From positions 1,392,987 through 1,456,986 of the forward strand of contig NW_018408919.1 of assembly GCF_002113885.1 (NCBI RefSeq): a stretch of 64,000 nucleotides of DNA, written 5' to 3'. The DNA is from Mizuhopecten yessoensis. Lineage: Eukaryota. Of the stretch, positions 13,801 to 26,900 are shown one piece after another (the stretch's first letter is position 1; each line of letters opens with the position of its first letter). The notes below the pieces were generated by a model. It saw only the letters and a program-made list of their open reading frames with translations. It had not been told where the DNA came from and did not search any database. Made by a program: the position numbers and the translations under genes.

Positions 13801-16800
13801 GCTTGGGTCGGTCAGGAACCCTAAACACCCTTTTTTGTTTGGCCTAACGTGAAATATTATTCTTATAGGAAGTCAAAGGTATTTTTAAATTATTGACAGG
13901 GACTTGTAAAAAATATTTTGCAAAAGTTTTTAACTCTAATAATAAAATGGGACACTTTCTCTATGTTTTAAGATACCTCAATTCCAATGAATCATTTGAA
14001 AATTTGAAAAAAAAATAGCTGATGCATTCTGTCCTTCCTAGCTGCTATTATTGATGCAGTGTTAAATTTGATCTGTTGATCTTAGAAATTATACAGTGAA
14101 ACACTTGATGCGTTTCAAAGTTTCATATTTGACCTAAATGGCTAAAAATGAACAGGATGTCACCACAAATGTTTTATTTTTCAATAAAAGCAAGACAAAT
14201 TGAAAATCCTGATGTATATGAGCAACAATATGATACAAACTTCGGCCAGAGCAAGACACATTGATATATCTTTATAAGCCTAGTTCAATGTCTCACCAAG
14301 GCAGGAGGGATCTCCGTTTTCAATCGACCCGTGAACATGTCACTCCAGTGTGCTCTCTACAAAGAAACAAACACAATATTACACATATTGCTATACAGAT
14401 TTGTAACTAAATTAAGTGTTACAATATCAATGACAAAATATAATAACAAAAATTTCCCTCCTGGTATTAATGATACTAAAATTTGGCACCAATCCCAATT
14501 ATATTTAGATATTTATTTCCTAATTTAGGAGAGAAAAAAAAAAAAAATGTTATTGGATATTCCTGAAATTAATATAAGAGGAGGGGAAATTGGAAGGGAG
14601 AAGAGGAGCACTTATACTTGGTTATAAATGACGTACTGGGTCTATAATTTTTGTAAAGTTTACACCAGGTGATAATTTGGGTCTCAATTTGATATAATTA
14701 TATAAATAATATATAAAAAAAAATGTGTACATTATTATTCTGAAGCCTTCTCTAGGAATTTCATTAGACCCTTGACACTGAAAGTATGTTTCTGTCCCCC
14801 AAAAGTTAGCTTTTACACAATAGTTTGAAAAGACAATGTCACATGTCTATATTTGACATACATATGTACATGTTTTGACCCTCAAATTTCTGGGAAAATG
14901 TGATCATTGACCTCTAAAATTGAAATGATCAGGGCCGTCAGTTGACTCTTGTCATTCCGATTTTGAGGTCAATGATCCCTCCAAATCAGTGATTTTTACA
15001 GTGAATTTGCAATTTGAGCTTTTATTTATAGTTAATAAAAGACCCTTTCCCCACATATATGCTGTATTTTCCAAATTCAATGTAGAATTGGTTTATTTTC
15101 CCAAAACATCACTGCAAATTTTCTCTTGTCTGTTATAATTCTTTGATAATCCATGACATAACAATTTCAACATTAGAGCATTAAATATACCTGAAATTCT
15201 GGATGTTTTTGTAAAGCTTCGGCTATGACTTCAGCAGCATCAGCTCCAAGGGTGTTCCCTTCCATTCTCAGGGCTGTCATTGTTTTGCATTCTTCAATCT
15301 CATTAGCTATAACTTCGGCTGAACAAAAGAAACATATAACAACCACTTGAAGAGACCTCATACAAATATGTTCTACTGTACTACACATGTACACCTAACA
15401 AGCTTTGAAATAAACTTTTATACATGTAACACTGGCACTTTCGATGCTTCCCATTATTAGAATATATTATATATAGAATTTTATTATATTTAATTTTGAA
15501 TCAAATCTTCCTGATCAAACTGACTTGACTAGACCAGTGTTTTAGGCTGTACATTGATATTGTAATATGTCCCTAATTAAAGTCAGTGTGCCCAAATTGA
15601 TATCCATTTCCAACATTTACCTTAATATCTTATTTGCCACTTGATAATTTCCAAATCCTTGTTTTATTTTGACAAAGAGTGAATATGAACCCTTTTTCCG
15701 CACGTTGGTTTTGGTAAGACTAGTTAAGGCTTTTTGTGTATATCTGATGACTGAGTGTTTTCCCTTTGTAAAATCAGTGGCGGATCCAGAGACCTAACTC
15801 TGTTGGGGTTTCCATGTGGGGGGAAATTGAGGAAAATGGTGAAAATACTTGATTTTTTAAAGAAAATTCTCATGGTGGGAAAATTATAAAACTCTCTTGA
15901 ATTTACTTCACGTTTTGTAAAAGAAATCACAAAAGCTACATTAGGGCCCAGTTGACGATCTTTCCATATTTAACGATGCCACTGTTTACTGAAAACACAG
16001 GAATTTTCAGATTCTTCAGACTTCCTTAGAATATTATCACCATCATAAGCTTAAGACTCGAGTTTGAAGGGAAAATCAATAACCAAATCAAATAGTACGT
16101 ACAGGAAGGATTTTTTTACTTACATTATACGGTATAATAAACTTAGACTTACTATTAAATGGCAGTTCAGATTTGTCTCTTGGGGAAAACATCCATGTAT
16201 TCAAATCAGTACAGAAGTTTATTAAAGACAGTGGTTGGTTCAAATTTCTCGCTCTCTCCTTCGTTATTTTCATCATCGATTTGTGTAAAATCTGTTGATG
16301 TTGCCATGTACATTGTATAAAATATTTCTGGGAGAAGGCTTCATAAGTTGGAATAACTTGTGCCTAATCTATTTGCAAATTCTGCAATAGAATATGTTTA
16401 TATCAAGTCAAGGATTGTTTTGCCCACATTTGACAAAAGGTAGTCAAATAATTCCCACGTCTTCAAAGTAATGCTGTGAAATCGAGTGTTAGTAATCAGT
16501 TAATGTTAATGGTGTTTCAGAGGTTATTATCTTTACCTTTTTTGAAGGGAGGGGGGGGGGGGGGGGGGGGGATAAGAATAACCTAGTTGGAGACCTCATT
16601 CCGAAGAAAATGGGTCTTTGCCAGAAATGAATTTGGGTAATTTCATAAACAATCCATTTCAACATCATTTTCTATATGAGGTAAATTAAACACCATTTTT
16701 GTTTCTATTTATCAATTTGTATTTTCATTCTGGTGAATGGCACATGTACAAATATAACTCGAGATAACGTCGGATAATGCGAAAGATAGACAGATATTAT

Positions 16801-16949
16801 TTAAAACATTCACATGAACAGATCGACATTTTACCATCTTTTGCTGTATTAAGTTTAAGTCCTCGGCCTTTGAAACTTAATTCGTATGTTTCGTCTACTT
16901 TGGTTTTAGCTAGCTGGTCTGTAACTTGTGATATGTCAGAGGATGCCAT
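1836..16949 (-). CDS. RANGAP1: Ran GTPase-activating protein 1, 12 coding exons (16949-16835, 15318-15191, 14356-14297, 13136-12957, 11118-10984, 10307-10149, 8324-8211, 7398-7299, 6269-6185, 5060-5006, 3299-3210, 1889-1836), ~424 aa
   Basis: All exons are GT-AG bounded and phase-compatible (1275 nt). Translation has RanGAP hallmarks: [94 protein letters not shown], then an acidic tract. The last exon (1889-1836) is less certain than the LRR exons. Confidence 0.95.
3830..4660 (+). mobile_element. Non-autonomous repeat element of HINE/pearl-like architecture with internal tandem repeats
   Basis: Several ~120-135 bp internal repeats carrying TGACCTTGACC, followed by a GGAC/GACA microsatellite (~4592-4612) and a terminal palindrome TAGGGC...GCCCTA. 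Confidence 0.65.
5466..5685. mobile_element. MITE with CAGGGCTAG terminal inverted repeats
   Basis: CAGGGCTAG at 5466 and CTAGCCCTG ending at 5685; internal ACTAGTC repeats; no clear TSD. Confidence 0.55.
5775..5936 (+). mobile_element. Degenerate tRNA-derived SINE
   Basis: Box-A-like GTGGTCAAGTGG, core TTTTCTCTGGGTACTGCAGTTTTCCTCC, tail CCTTAAATGACC...AAACAACCAAAC shared with 35520-35737. Confidence 0.6.
7940..8106. mobile_element. Palindromic MITE-like element
   Basis: GACCACACACTTGTGTTTTTCTAAAGAATCAGA is mirrored by TCTGATTCGTTAGAAAATCACAAGTGTGTGGTC. Confidence 0.55.
8988..9905. other. Assembly gap
   Basis: Run of N. Confidence 1.
11135..12010. repeat. ~34-bp minisatellite, ~26 copies
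   Basis: Unit TTCTAGGAAGTTACAACAACAATGTAACAACAGA, in RanGAP1 intron 4 next to the exon 5 acceptor. Confidence 0.95.
12458..12975. repeat. 52-bp minisatellite, ~10 copies, each containing the RanGAP1 exon 4 end and splice donor
   Basis: Unit GTTGGTGGGTAAACCAGGTTGATAAGATTACCTTTCCGCCCCCAATGCCCAT; on the minus strand it carries GGGGGCGGAAAG|GTAATC. Confidence 0.95.
13494..13844. mobile_element. Non-autonomous DNA transposon with GGCCAAA TIRs and TAA TSD (Zator- or Harbinger-like)
   Basis: TAA|GGCCAAA...TGTTTAGGGTT at left; AACCCTAAACA...TTTGGCC|TAA at right. Confidence 0.65.
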
Positions 16950-17010
16950 TATATTAGGCTGTTATTTCTGTTGGTATGCCCGTTGTTTTTTCACCATGCA
17001 ACTTATAGAT

Positions 17011-17041
17011 TATGGCGGCGTTTTTGAACCTACTTCCGGTT
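17011..17041 (-). promoter_or_regulatory. Putative RanGAP1 housekeeping-type promoter motifs (ETS-like CCGGAAGT and YY1-like CCGCCAT)
   Basis: Minus strand reads ACCGGAAGTA...CGCCGCCATA about 60-90 nt upstream of the ATG. Confidence 0.5.
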
Positions 17042-17392
17042 CAACAAGGGGAGTAACAATGTGTGTCTATTTTAAAGATACATGATTCGGAAAAGCAAAT
17101 TTACGAAACTTCAAATTCTGGAGCATGTATTTAAAGAAAATTATTTTTGAAAAAAGCAGGAAAACGTATAGGCCTAGTGGTAATTATAAGGACGATTTCG
17201 GAAAATTGGGATTAAGTCCCGAAACATCTTGTTTCACGTCCCGAAACGACTTGTTACCGAAACGACCTGCATGTTACCGAAACGACTAGCATTCCCCGCA
17301 ACCACTTCCAAAAATGAACCACCTCTACTACCCCATAATTGTCACAACATCATTTTCTGCGTCCATAACACCATAAAACCACTGACAGATTA

Positions 17393-18272
17393 GTGTCTAG
17401 CGTGGTTCCTAACTGGTTTAACAAAAAGCACATGAGGGCAAATCCTGATAAATTTCAGGCCATATGTCTAGGTAGGAAAACTATTGAGACTTCTAATTCT
17501 TTCAAAATAGAAAAAACTGTGAAGTTACTTGGTGTCAATTTTGACTCATTTTTAAATTTTGATACACATGTTTCAGAAATTTGTTCAAAGGCTTCTAGAC
17601 AGCTTAATGTTCTTAAAAGAATTGTAGTTTTTGTAAACAAAACAAGGTAGGAGAGTCATATTCAATTCTTTTATTATATTTAGTTTTCATTTCTGCCCAA
17701 TGGTTTCAGTGGTTTGGCATTTTACTAGCTTGAAAAGTGTGAGAAAGATGAAAAGATTCAGGAGCGTGCACTGAGATTCGTGCATGGAGAGTGATTATGT
17801 CTCAACTTTTAGTCAGCTTTTACATGTTAAGAGGCTAAAAGATATGGGCTGTGAATTTTTAAAAAAAATCACAGCCCATATCTTTTAGCCTCTTAACATG
17901 TAAAAGAGTACTATTAGTATATTTTAAAAGCTGACTAAAAGTTGAGACATAATCACTCTCCATGCACGAATCTCAGTGCACGCTCCTGAATCTTTTCATC
18001 TTTCTCGTAGTAGCTACACAAGAGTTCTCCTAATTATATACGTGATTTAGTAAAACTAAGGGAATCTGCTTATGATCTCAGAAGGGACTTCACAGTCAGC
18101 ATCCCATCTGTAAAAACTACAAGGTATGGACAGAAATCCTTCTCGTTTGAGGCGGCCCGGGTGTGGAACAGTCTTCCAAATGAATTGCGGAGATGTGAAT
18201 ACTTCCCAGAATTCCGGAGGCTGGTCCACACCTGGGCTGGTCCCATCTGTACAATTGATTTTTGGTGCTAGG
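17393..18272 (+). mobile_element. Decayed 3' part of a non-LTR retrotransposon ORF2 (CR1/L2-group-like), with an internal inverted duplication
   Basis: WFNKKHMRANPDKFQAICLG...VKLLGVNFDSFLNFDTHVSEICSKASRQLNVLKRI (RT thumb region); later PSVKTTRYGQKSFSFEAARVWNSLPNELR, typical of LINE ORF2 C-termini; stops and frameshifts present. Confidence 0.8.
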
Positions 18273-21200
18273 TTGTGGTTTTTATTGCTCCAGAAATAGT
18301 TGTCATGCACAAGTTTTAGTTATTAGTGCTGCTTTACTTTCTTTTGTGTAAGTTTTCTTTTATGCTGTAAATTCCTAAATATTGTTTAATAAATGTTTGT
18401 ATTGTTGTTTTAGATTATGTTATATTAGCATGTACTCTGTCAATTTTTAGTTTTTGCCATAGCGGCAGATATGTACATTAGACTGAAACGTCTCTTAAAT
18501 TACTTTATATGCTGCATGAGCTTTATGTTCGCATGACCTTTAATCTTTCCGTGCTATTTTACCTTTTATTCAACCATCTGTGATGCATGCTACCTTCGTG
18601 ATATTTTATTGTTTCTATTAATTATGATTGTTATAATAGTCGTAAGAATAGCTCTTCTGAGCTAAATTTGTATTGTCACAACCNGGGGGAGAAAATAATG
18701 CTGAAACGTCTCTGTTTCAGTCGGTGAATACTTGGAATATCCCTTAGCATTTATGGGCCAAAATATACCCACACTTACATTAAACAATTCAACGAACACT
18801 TGGAAACAGAATAATGTCGTGGTATTCCGAATACGAGGATAATCTTTATTATTTTTTAAGTCAGTTGAACCATCATGGTGTCAATTTTAAAAACAAGCGA
18901 TATAAAAAGAATTCCACTTCTTAGAAAAACATGTACACATGTTAGTATGCTTTAAAGACATTGTTATACTAGAATAGCCAACGCTTGCAAAAAGCACTTA
19001 ACAAATCCTAAAAATCACATCGTTTGATTTTATAATGTTAACAAATACGTATATTATTTTCAAAGTTTTATGACATTTGAAATGGCCTGTATCACCTGAA
19101 TACCGAATATATGTTGGCTTTGGCTCTAACATATATAAGTCAGTGGGTCAAATTATTTCAATGGATTCTTAAGTCTTGATTTTAAATGACTTCAACCAAA
19201 GATAATTTAATTATATATTGCTGATAATATTTGCAATAATACTTGGGAAGTGAAAATTGGATTCGTTCCTCTATAAGCGTTTCCAGAAAAAAAAATGCAA
19301 TTTGATCAGCGTCCTTGTGAAACTTCTCCTTACTTCATGACTAAAAGCCAGACAACCTTAGAAGCAAACATTGTGGTGACGTAAGATTGTTCCAGGAGTC
19401 TCGTTTGCACTGACGACACAGACACTTCAATATCGAAAACATATGGGAATACCTATATTTAGATATTTAATAACTAAAAAATCAGAATTTGAGGACTGAT
19501 CAAGAACGGCCTTTTTTTTAATATTCATGCTTGTATGAACGCCAATATGTTACATGAATATTTATGTAACCGATTTGATATCATATAAGGATTGAACGGC
19601 ATTTTTTTTCAACTTCATACCGGCATGAACATTTAAAAAAAAATACCGTTCAATCGTTATTATAGATAGATATTCTCTCATCTTTTCGATATTTAAGTGT
19701 CTGTGTCGTCAGAGTTTCATTGAACACCATAACGTCACCAAAATGTTTGATTAAACTTAAAAAAGATGCGGATCGAATTGTGTTCATAGCTCTGTGAACG
19801 CAATTCTCCTGGTAGTACTTATACAGGAACTTGCAATGGAAATGGAAATATACCAGCATGTTAATTGAAAATTGCCTTTTAATCCTTATATAAGCAGAGA
19901 CGTTGTAGTATATATAGGCTCTGGCATAGGTGGTATTTATATGTTTGAATTTGTACCATCCTATAATTTAATTGTATATGAGTCAAAGAAGTAATATCGA
20001 GGGTAAAATCCCCGAATCCTTACAAAAGTATATTTGTTGGATACGAATAACTTAAAATTGATGTACGGACAAAGAAATAATTCCAACAGTGAACACAAGA
20101 TTTCCTGGTCGATCCGCTCCATGGTATGTATAAGTGCTAATCTATATTAGGCGATTCACTTGATAGATAGTGTACATCTTATTATTATGAATTACATATA
20201 CAGTTTCTCACGTGTAATATATACTGTATCAGTGTATCTTGTTTGTGATTATTTTCATTTAAAACAGACAAAAATCTCGTTTTATACAGTAGGAGTTTAA
20301 AGATAACTACGCCAAGCATTTACTGCCGTTAATCTAGTTAACTAATATGCTGTAATGTGTTTATTTTTGCCGAGGGCACTGGTAAATACATGTCCTTGGC
20401 ATTTAACATATACTTAAGCACATTGAAAGTGTCTAGTCGTCCAGCGTAACGCTAATAACCCCGTTGTTCCCTATATCGGTCTGACACGTAATATGACGTC
20501 GTAAAGTCCCTACATTTGCATTTCACAATGGTTTTTATTACACTTGCGTTCCAGATAATTTTCATTAAACCCCCCAATGTTTGGATTAATTCTTTCCACT
20601 TTCTCTTGATAAGCAGACTCTTTTTATAGTCATGTTTTTATGTGTATGCCATTGCAGTATGGTGGCGTTTCTTCGATTTTAACTGTACATATAGTGTCAC
20701 CTGTACGAACAACAACAAAATGTGTATGTAAATTATTCTGACAATTTTAACTAGCTTTTAAACGTGAAAGTGGGACCATGCCACGGAACAAATTCCACCA
20801 AGTTGGTGCTGTCTGACGACCCTTTGGCGTATTCCAATATATAAGGAGATACAAGTTGACCGACACGATACAGTCATGGGGGACCAGGTAAGCTACTGTA
20901 CCTGTTTTCATAATATATTTGTTTGTGTATTTTACTTACTTTTCTTTCGAAACTTACTTCCATGTTTGTGATAATATGAAGCCCTCTGCTAACATAATAC
21001 GATGTTTTAGATTTCGAGTTTGTCTTTAACCTTGTATTTCTGCGCTTGGTTTTGCCAGTATTCATCTAATTTATTTTAAAATTGTTTTACTGTACTTAAA
21101 TTCACAACATTAGACGGAAGATTTTTTTTCTATAAATCATGAATTCTCTTTGTAAAGGATTGTTTTCTTATGTTTAATTCTGAATGCGATTTGTAAATTT

Positions 21201-21361
21201 TAAAATTGTGGAGATGAACTTTCCCTGATTTTTAATATGTTTGGATACTTTACAGTCAGATCCGGACATTAATTTGTAGACCTCTATCATGTCGTCGCGG
21301 GATCTCCTATTTATTGGGGTGGAGGTAGCTAGGGGTTGCTAAAAGACTGAACCTCGTCGAT

Positions 21362-21432
21362 AGACTTGGTGGTGTAATGTATTGGACTTGGTGGTGTAAT
21401 GTATTGGACTTGGTGGTGTAATGTATTGGACT
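21362..21432. repeat. 22-bp tandem repeat x3
   Basis: GACTTGGTGGTGTAATGTATTG repeated. Confidence 0.9.
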
Positions 21433-21546
21433 TTCTATTCGCTGCTTATTGATATATTGACCTCTACATGTCTGAGCTAGTACTCTTTTATACGTTAAGT
21501 ACAGCATTTACTCCGACGGAAATGGTCGTCTGTGATGGAACAATCG

Positions 21547-21771
21547 CAGGGACCTGATAATTTGTTACAGCTATATTTGGACCTAAACTAAGATGTTCAG
21601 AGTAATTTTACACATTTTAGGGGTTTATATCAACTTCCGATAAAAAAAATGTATACCCCCAATGATCGTATATGTGATCATTTATACCGAAAGTTGATAT
21701 AAACCCATAAAATTACTCTGAACACCTTCGTTTAGGTAAAAATATAACGGCAACAAATTATCAGGCCCCTG
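21547..21771. mobile_element. Palindromic MITE with CAGGG termini
   Basis: CAGGGACCTGATAATTTGTT... mirrored by ...AACAAATTATCAGGCCCCTG; imperfect arms of ~90 bp. Confidence 0.65.
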
Positions 21772-22184
21772 TGGGTTCATTAGATTCCAAAAGTCCTTAA
21801 GGACTGGGGTGAACCTTTTTGGCTGTTTTTGAAAAGGCGTACTGCGTTATTCGATCATTGCCTGACTTTTAACTTCGGTTCTTTTCAGTACCTATTGTTT
21901 TTACAATACATCTAAGTGCTTTTGATCTTTTATGCTGAAAATACATATCCCTGTTCTTCTTTCTTAAACTATTTGTTCATGCGATATCTGCCGATTGATG
22001 GCAAAATTGTTCACGAATTGTCATTCCGATTGGTTAAGGTCGGTTAAAAAGAACAACCGTAACTTGTGATGCACTACTAACTTATCTATGTCAGCTGCCT
22101 ACCCTATATCATAACTCCCCACGTGACCAACTGGGACGACAATTCTGTACGATAACAGTGGTGGTTTCTATTTTTCTACCTGGC

Positions 22185-22502
22185 CCTAGGGCTGATATTG
22201 GTCGAGGGTTGATACTGGGTGTGATATGGAAAAGGGCGTGTTTTATTATGTTTATTACATACTTACTAATAAAAACTTCTATCTTATGATTCATTTTTAT
22301 TTTTGAAATATTGAAAAACGATTTTTTTCTCTCAAAGGGTTGTGATACGGGTTTTGCGGGCTGATACGGGTTTTGGGGTGTGATACGGCGGGGGCTGATA
22401 CGGGTTTTGGGGTGTGATACGGCGAGGGCTGATATGGGTTAGAGCAATTGTGTCGCATCGCATATACAAAAAACCCGTATTTATTAGTAAGTATGTAATA
22501 AA
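22185..22502. mobile_element. MITE-like element with internal GGGCTGATACGGG repeats
   Basis: Inverted TATTACATACTTACTAATAAA / TTTATTAGTAAGTATGTAATA flank short tandem G-rich repeats. Confidence 0.5.
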
Positions 22503-23907
22503 TGGTATTTTCGTACTACAATCATTAATTAATAGAACTCTCAAAAAACGAAACAGACTTTACTGCTGTTTTATAGATTATATAAAGCTTTTGATTTTGT
22601 TAGTTGACAAAATCTTTGGTATAAAATGATTAAGGAAGGTATAGAAGGGAAATTCCTGAAAATAATAAGAAGTCTCTATGCCAATGTAAAATGTTGTGTT
22701 AAATTCAAAGGTGTTACTGAATTTTTCAAATGTGATAGTGGTTTATTCCAAGGGGAAATATTATCTCCCTTGTTGTTTACATTATTTGTTAACGATTTAG
22801 AAATGGATTTTATAAAAAATAATTGCTTATCACTAAAAATTCAAACTATTAATTTATTTTTAAAGCAGACGATATGGTCATACTATCGGAAACACTAGAA
22901 GACTTGCAGAAAATGTTAGATTCACTATCAGATTATTGTAGAAAATGGAGCTTAACTTTAAATGTAGATATAACAAAAATAGTTATCTTAAGAAATGGTG
23001 GTTTAATAAGGACAAAAGAAAAATGGTTTTATAATAATGATGCGATTGAAGTAGTTGATGAGTTTAATCATCTTGGTCTCACTTTAAACTATAATGGAAA
23101 ATTTACAAACAAAAAACAAAAAAACCTAGCAGAACAAGGTCGAAAAGCACTATTTGCCATAACTAATGCATGTAAAAAGAATTATTTTAATATGGAATCT
23201 CGTCTTGCCGTTTTTGACACGTTTGTAAATAGTATTTTGATGTACGGTTCAGAAATTTTGGGATTTCATAAAGCACCCGAAATAGAAAAATTGCATATTG
23301 GATTTTTGAAATCATTATTAGGATTAAGAAAATCTACGAACACTGCATTTCTTTATATTGAATTTGGAAGATCTCATCTAGAGCTGTAAAGAAAAAGATA
23401 AAAAAAAAGATAAGTATTGGATTAAATTACAACGTTCTGATAACTGTGTGCTGAAAGCTTGTTAATGATGATATGGTTGAAAATAAAGACCCCTGGATCC
23501 TTAACTTAAAACATGATCTTTCAAGAGTTGGCCTTGGATACATGTTTGTGACTGATAGTGTTAATCATTCTAGTGAAGTATATAAGCAGCGATTATGTGA
23601 TAGTTTTCAGCAAGATTGTCTAGAGAAAGTTCATTCTTCTTCTAAAGGAGTATTATATCAGCATTTAGTGGAATGTGTTAAATGCAACTATATATTCATA
23701 AGGCAATTCATTTAAATTATCTAAAACATATTTCTAAGATGCGTTTATGTGCGCATGACCTGTTCATTGAACGTGGCCGTTACAGGGATATACCTAGAGA
23801 AGAAAGAAAATGTATTTAATGTAATGAAAAGGATATAGAAGATGAATTTCATTTTATAATTAAATGTAATCGCTATTCAGACCTCCGGTCTAAATACATA
23901 AAGCAAT

Positions 23908-26900
23908 CAGGCGCGTAGCTAGCCTATAAAGAATGTGGATTCAAAATAATCTAGGGGGGTCAGGGGGCATGCCCCCCCTGAAAATTTTGAAATAAATGGT
24001 GCAATTTGGTGCGTTTTGGGGCCTCCGGAGAGCTTTCTTGACCAACGAAAATCCATTTATTTTAGCATAAAAATGGAGATGAATAGCTTTACTTTCGTTT
24101 ATTTCAACTAGTCTACATTTCACAGCAAGTCTAACTTGCGGCCTTTGCTGGCCGCAAACTCGTTAATGATAATATCAATATCTATTTCCATGTGTCTGTA
24201 GGCGTGCAACAGGGCTAGTCCAGACATCCGTTCTGTGAGCATCGTTGATCTCATGTAGTTTTTCAGGCGTCTCATGATACTAAACTGCCTCTCGGCGGTA
24301 GCGGTAGACACTGGCATCGTAATTAGTACAACTAGACAGGTGAAGATGTCTGGATACAGAGTCTTGTTCGTAGCCTTCAATGTGTCAGTAAGATTTGAGG
24401 GTTTTGTCCCCTCCAGCTCCCATCTTACTTTCCATCGAGAAACCTCATTTCGGAAGGCTTCCCGATCCCCACTGAGGTCACTCTCATACTCCTGGAAGAT
24501 GGAATCCTCGTGATCTCGGCTGAGCTCAGGAAGAAGGCTTGGGATGAGATATTGAGCCTTAAACCTCTCATTGCTGGATACAAGACGGTCTTCTAGTTCC
24601 ACAACTAGATGATCAAGAAATGGATAGAACAATGCTCTTTTCCAGTATTCCGAAACAGAGTCGGCAGGCACGTTGCCACGGTGCTGTTGGCGTCGAGCTG
24701 TTCTAGGCTTTGAAGGCTCGACTCCTTGGTCTTCTGCCATGGCAACTGCTTTGTCGTAAAGCCCATCCCACACAGCATCATCGGCTCTCTCTGCACGAAA
24801 TGTGGCTATAAGAACTCGACTCTCCTTGGCTGCTTCGATCAAGTCGATATTCTGCTTCTGTAGCAGCTTGTTTAGAGGCATAACACCCTGGAGGACGAAT
24901 TCAACCACAACTAGAGAGATGATGAAGTCGAACCCAAGGATACTGCATCTGTAGCTCCGTGCTTTTGAGTCTCCCTCTCGTTCTAGCACCTCCAGTGCAC
25001 TTACAATTGATGTGTATGCAGCTTTGAAAGTGTAAAGTGCGTCAGCCCGACTAGCCCATCGCGTCTCACACAGACTTTGAAGACGTGTTCTCTTCTGCAT
25101 CTCTTCCTGTGCCACGGGATCGTTGCCAAGCTCCTCTTTGAAAGCTAAAAGACGTTTGGCAGAGTACTTGAAAGCAAATCCGATTTGTTGTACTGTGTCC
25201 AACAAGTTTCTGACGAGTGCCTCTTTACAGGCATGCACAATTGACAAATTAAGGCTATGGGCTTTGCAGTGCACATACATTGCTTGGGGAACTACTTGCT
25301 GGACCCGAGCTTGCACACCTCGATGACAACCAGACATATTACTGGCCCCATCATACCCTTGTCCCCTCATCTTGGAGATGTCTAATCCTGCGTCCCGCTG
25401 CCCCTCAATAAACTTGTTAAAAAGAGCCTCTCCTGTTGTAGATTCTGCTTGCACAAATCCCACAAAGTCTTCACGCACGTCCTGTTCAGTTTCAGAATAA
25501 TATCTTACACACATAGCAATTTGTTCCATAGTGCTCGCGTCAGTAGCTTCATCTGCAAGAAATGAATAACAAATAGCATCGTTGCACTGCTGAACTATCT
25601 TGCCTTTTATGTTATTTCCCAACAAAGTGATTAATTCATTTTGGATCATAGGCGAAGTGTAAGTAACCTTAGATTTAGAGGACAGGTGTGTTTTCAGGAT
25701 TTCATCCCTGTTGGCCTTGTCTTTCAACAGGACAGTAAAGTTACTATTGTTGTCATCATGACCTCTAAGTGGAATATTTTGTCGACCGCACAGAATGATG
25801 ACCTCTATAACAGATCTAAGCACCTGTCTATTTTTAGCAACAGTTTCGACTTTGTTTCTCGACAGTTGTGCTGTAATGCTTGCTTGTTTCCCTTCGATGA
25901 TTTTCATAAAACTACTAGCACTAGCGCAGCAGCTATGATGACTCGAACCAGGCTCGGTATGTCTCTTGATGTACTTTCCAAGGTTAGACCATTTTGATAC
26001 TGGGGTATTGATGAATGTTTTCTCCTTTGGAGATGAAGCACCAAACAAAATACAGGGAGCACAATACACTGAATTCTCGGAAACTGAATATCGAAGCCAG
26101 TCATACTTCTCTAGCCAATCTACCGAGAACTGACGCTTCGTTCCATACTCAATACTGAAATAATAAAATAAAGAAATAGTGTACGAACTTGAAATGGAAC
26201 AATTTTGCAACCAAATACGTAGAAATCCGGAAAGCAGGGAAGCAAATGATTCCATTTTAATAGTATATATCTAGTATCTTACTAGTATACTTATGATACT
26301 GGTACTTCAATAACGTTATCAGATATATGAGTATATTCACTATACTTTATTCGTCTTAATTATATAGTAAACATGTCATTAGCGCGCTAATATAATTATA
26401 ATGGAACCAAACATCGAACAAGTGGAAGAAGCAGTATATTAATATGGGTTTACAATCGAGTGGTAAGAGACGGGCTTGCGTCTATTTTCCCACATGTACC
26501 ACTCACAAAAAGACCTCAACATAAACCATCGATTTTGAGACCTCGGGACTGTGTTTAGAGATTTTAACGGTATTTTTCTATACAATACTGGTTGACTAAA
26601 CTACAATTTTCTATTGATCTGCAACCGTTATAACTTCACATCTTTAAATCAAATGAATCAGAATCAGTTTACCTTGACGGAAACTTAAAAGTTTTGGCCC
26701 ATTCTTTGTTGTTTTGCAGCACTTTCACTTTTATCGAGTCATCTGAAGCCTTTGTTAACCTTGCTGGATCAGGATACAAGTCATCGGGACTGTACGCAAT
26801 CCCCACGAGCTCATCTTTATCTAAAGTCATAGGTTCAGGACCCTCCTTCACACCAGACGTACCGGGCGCTATAAATATACATATGGAATACATATGACGA

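Noticed and set aside
24274-25997. Plus-strand ORFs within the transposase
   Set aside because: Antisense shadows of a GC-richer coding region with no recognisable motifs.
26155-26255. N-terminus MESFASLL... of the 711-aa ORF
   Set aside because: Intronic read-through; an acceptor at 26154 joins in phase to two upstream exons.
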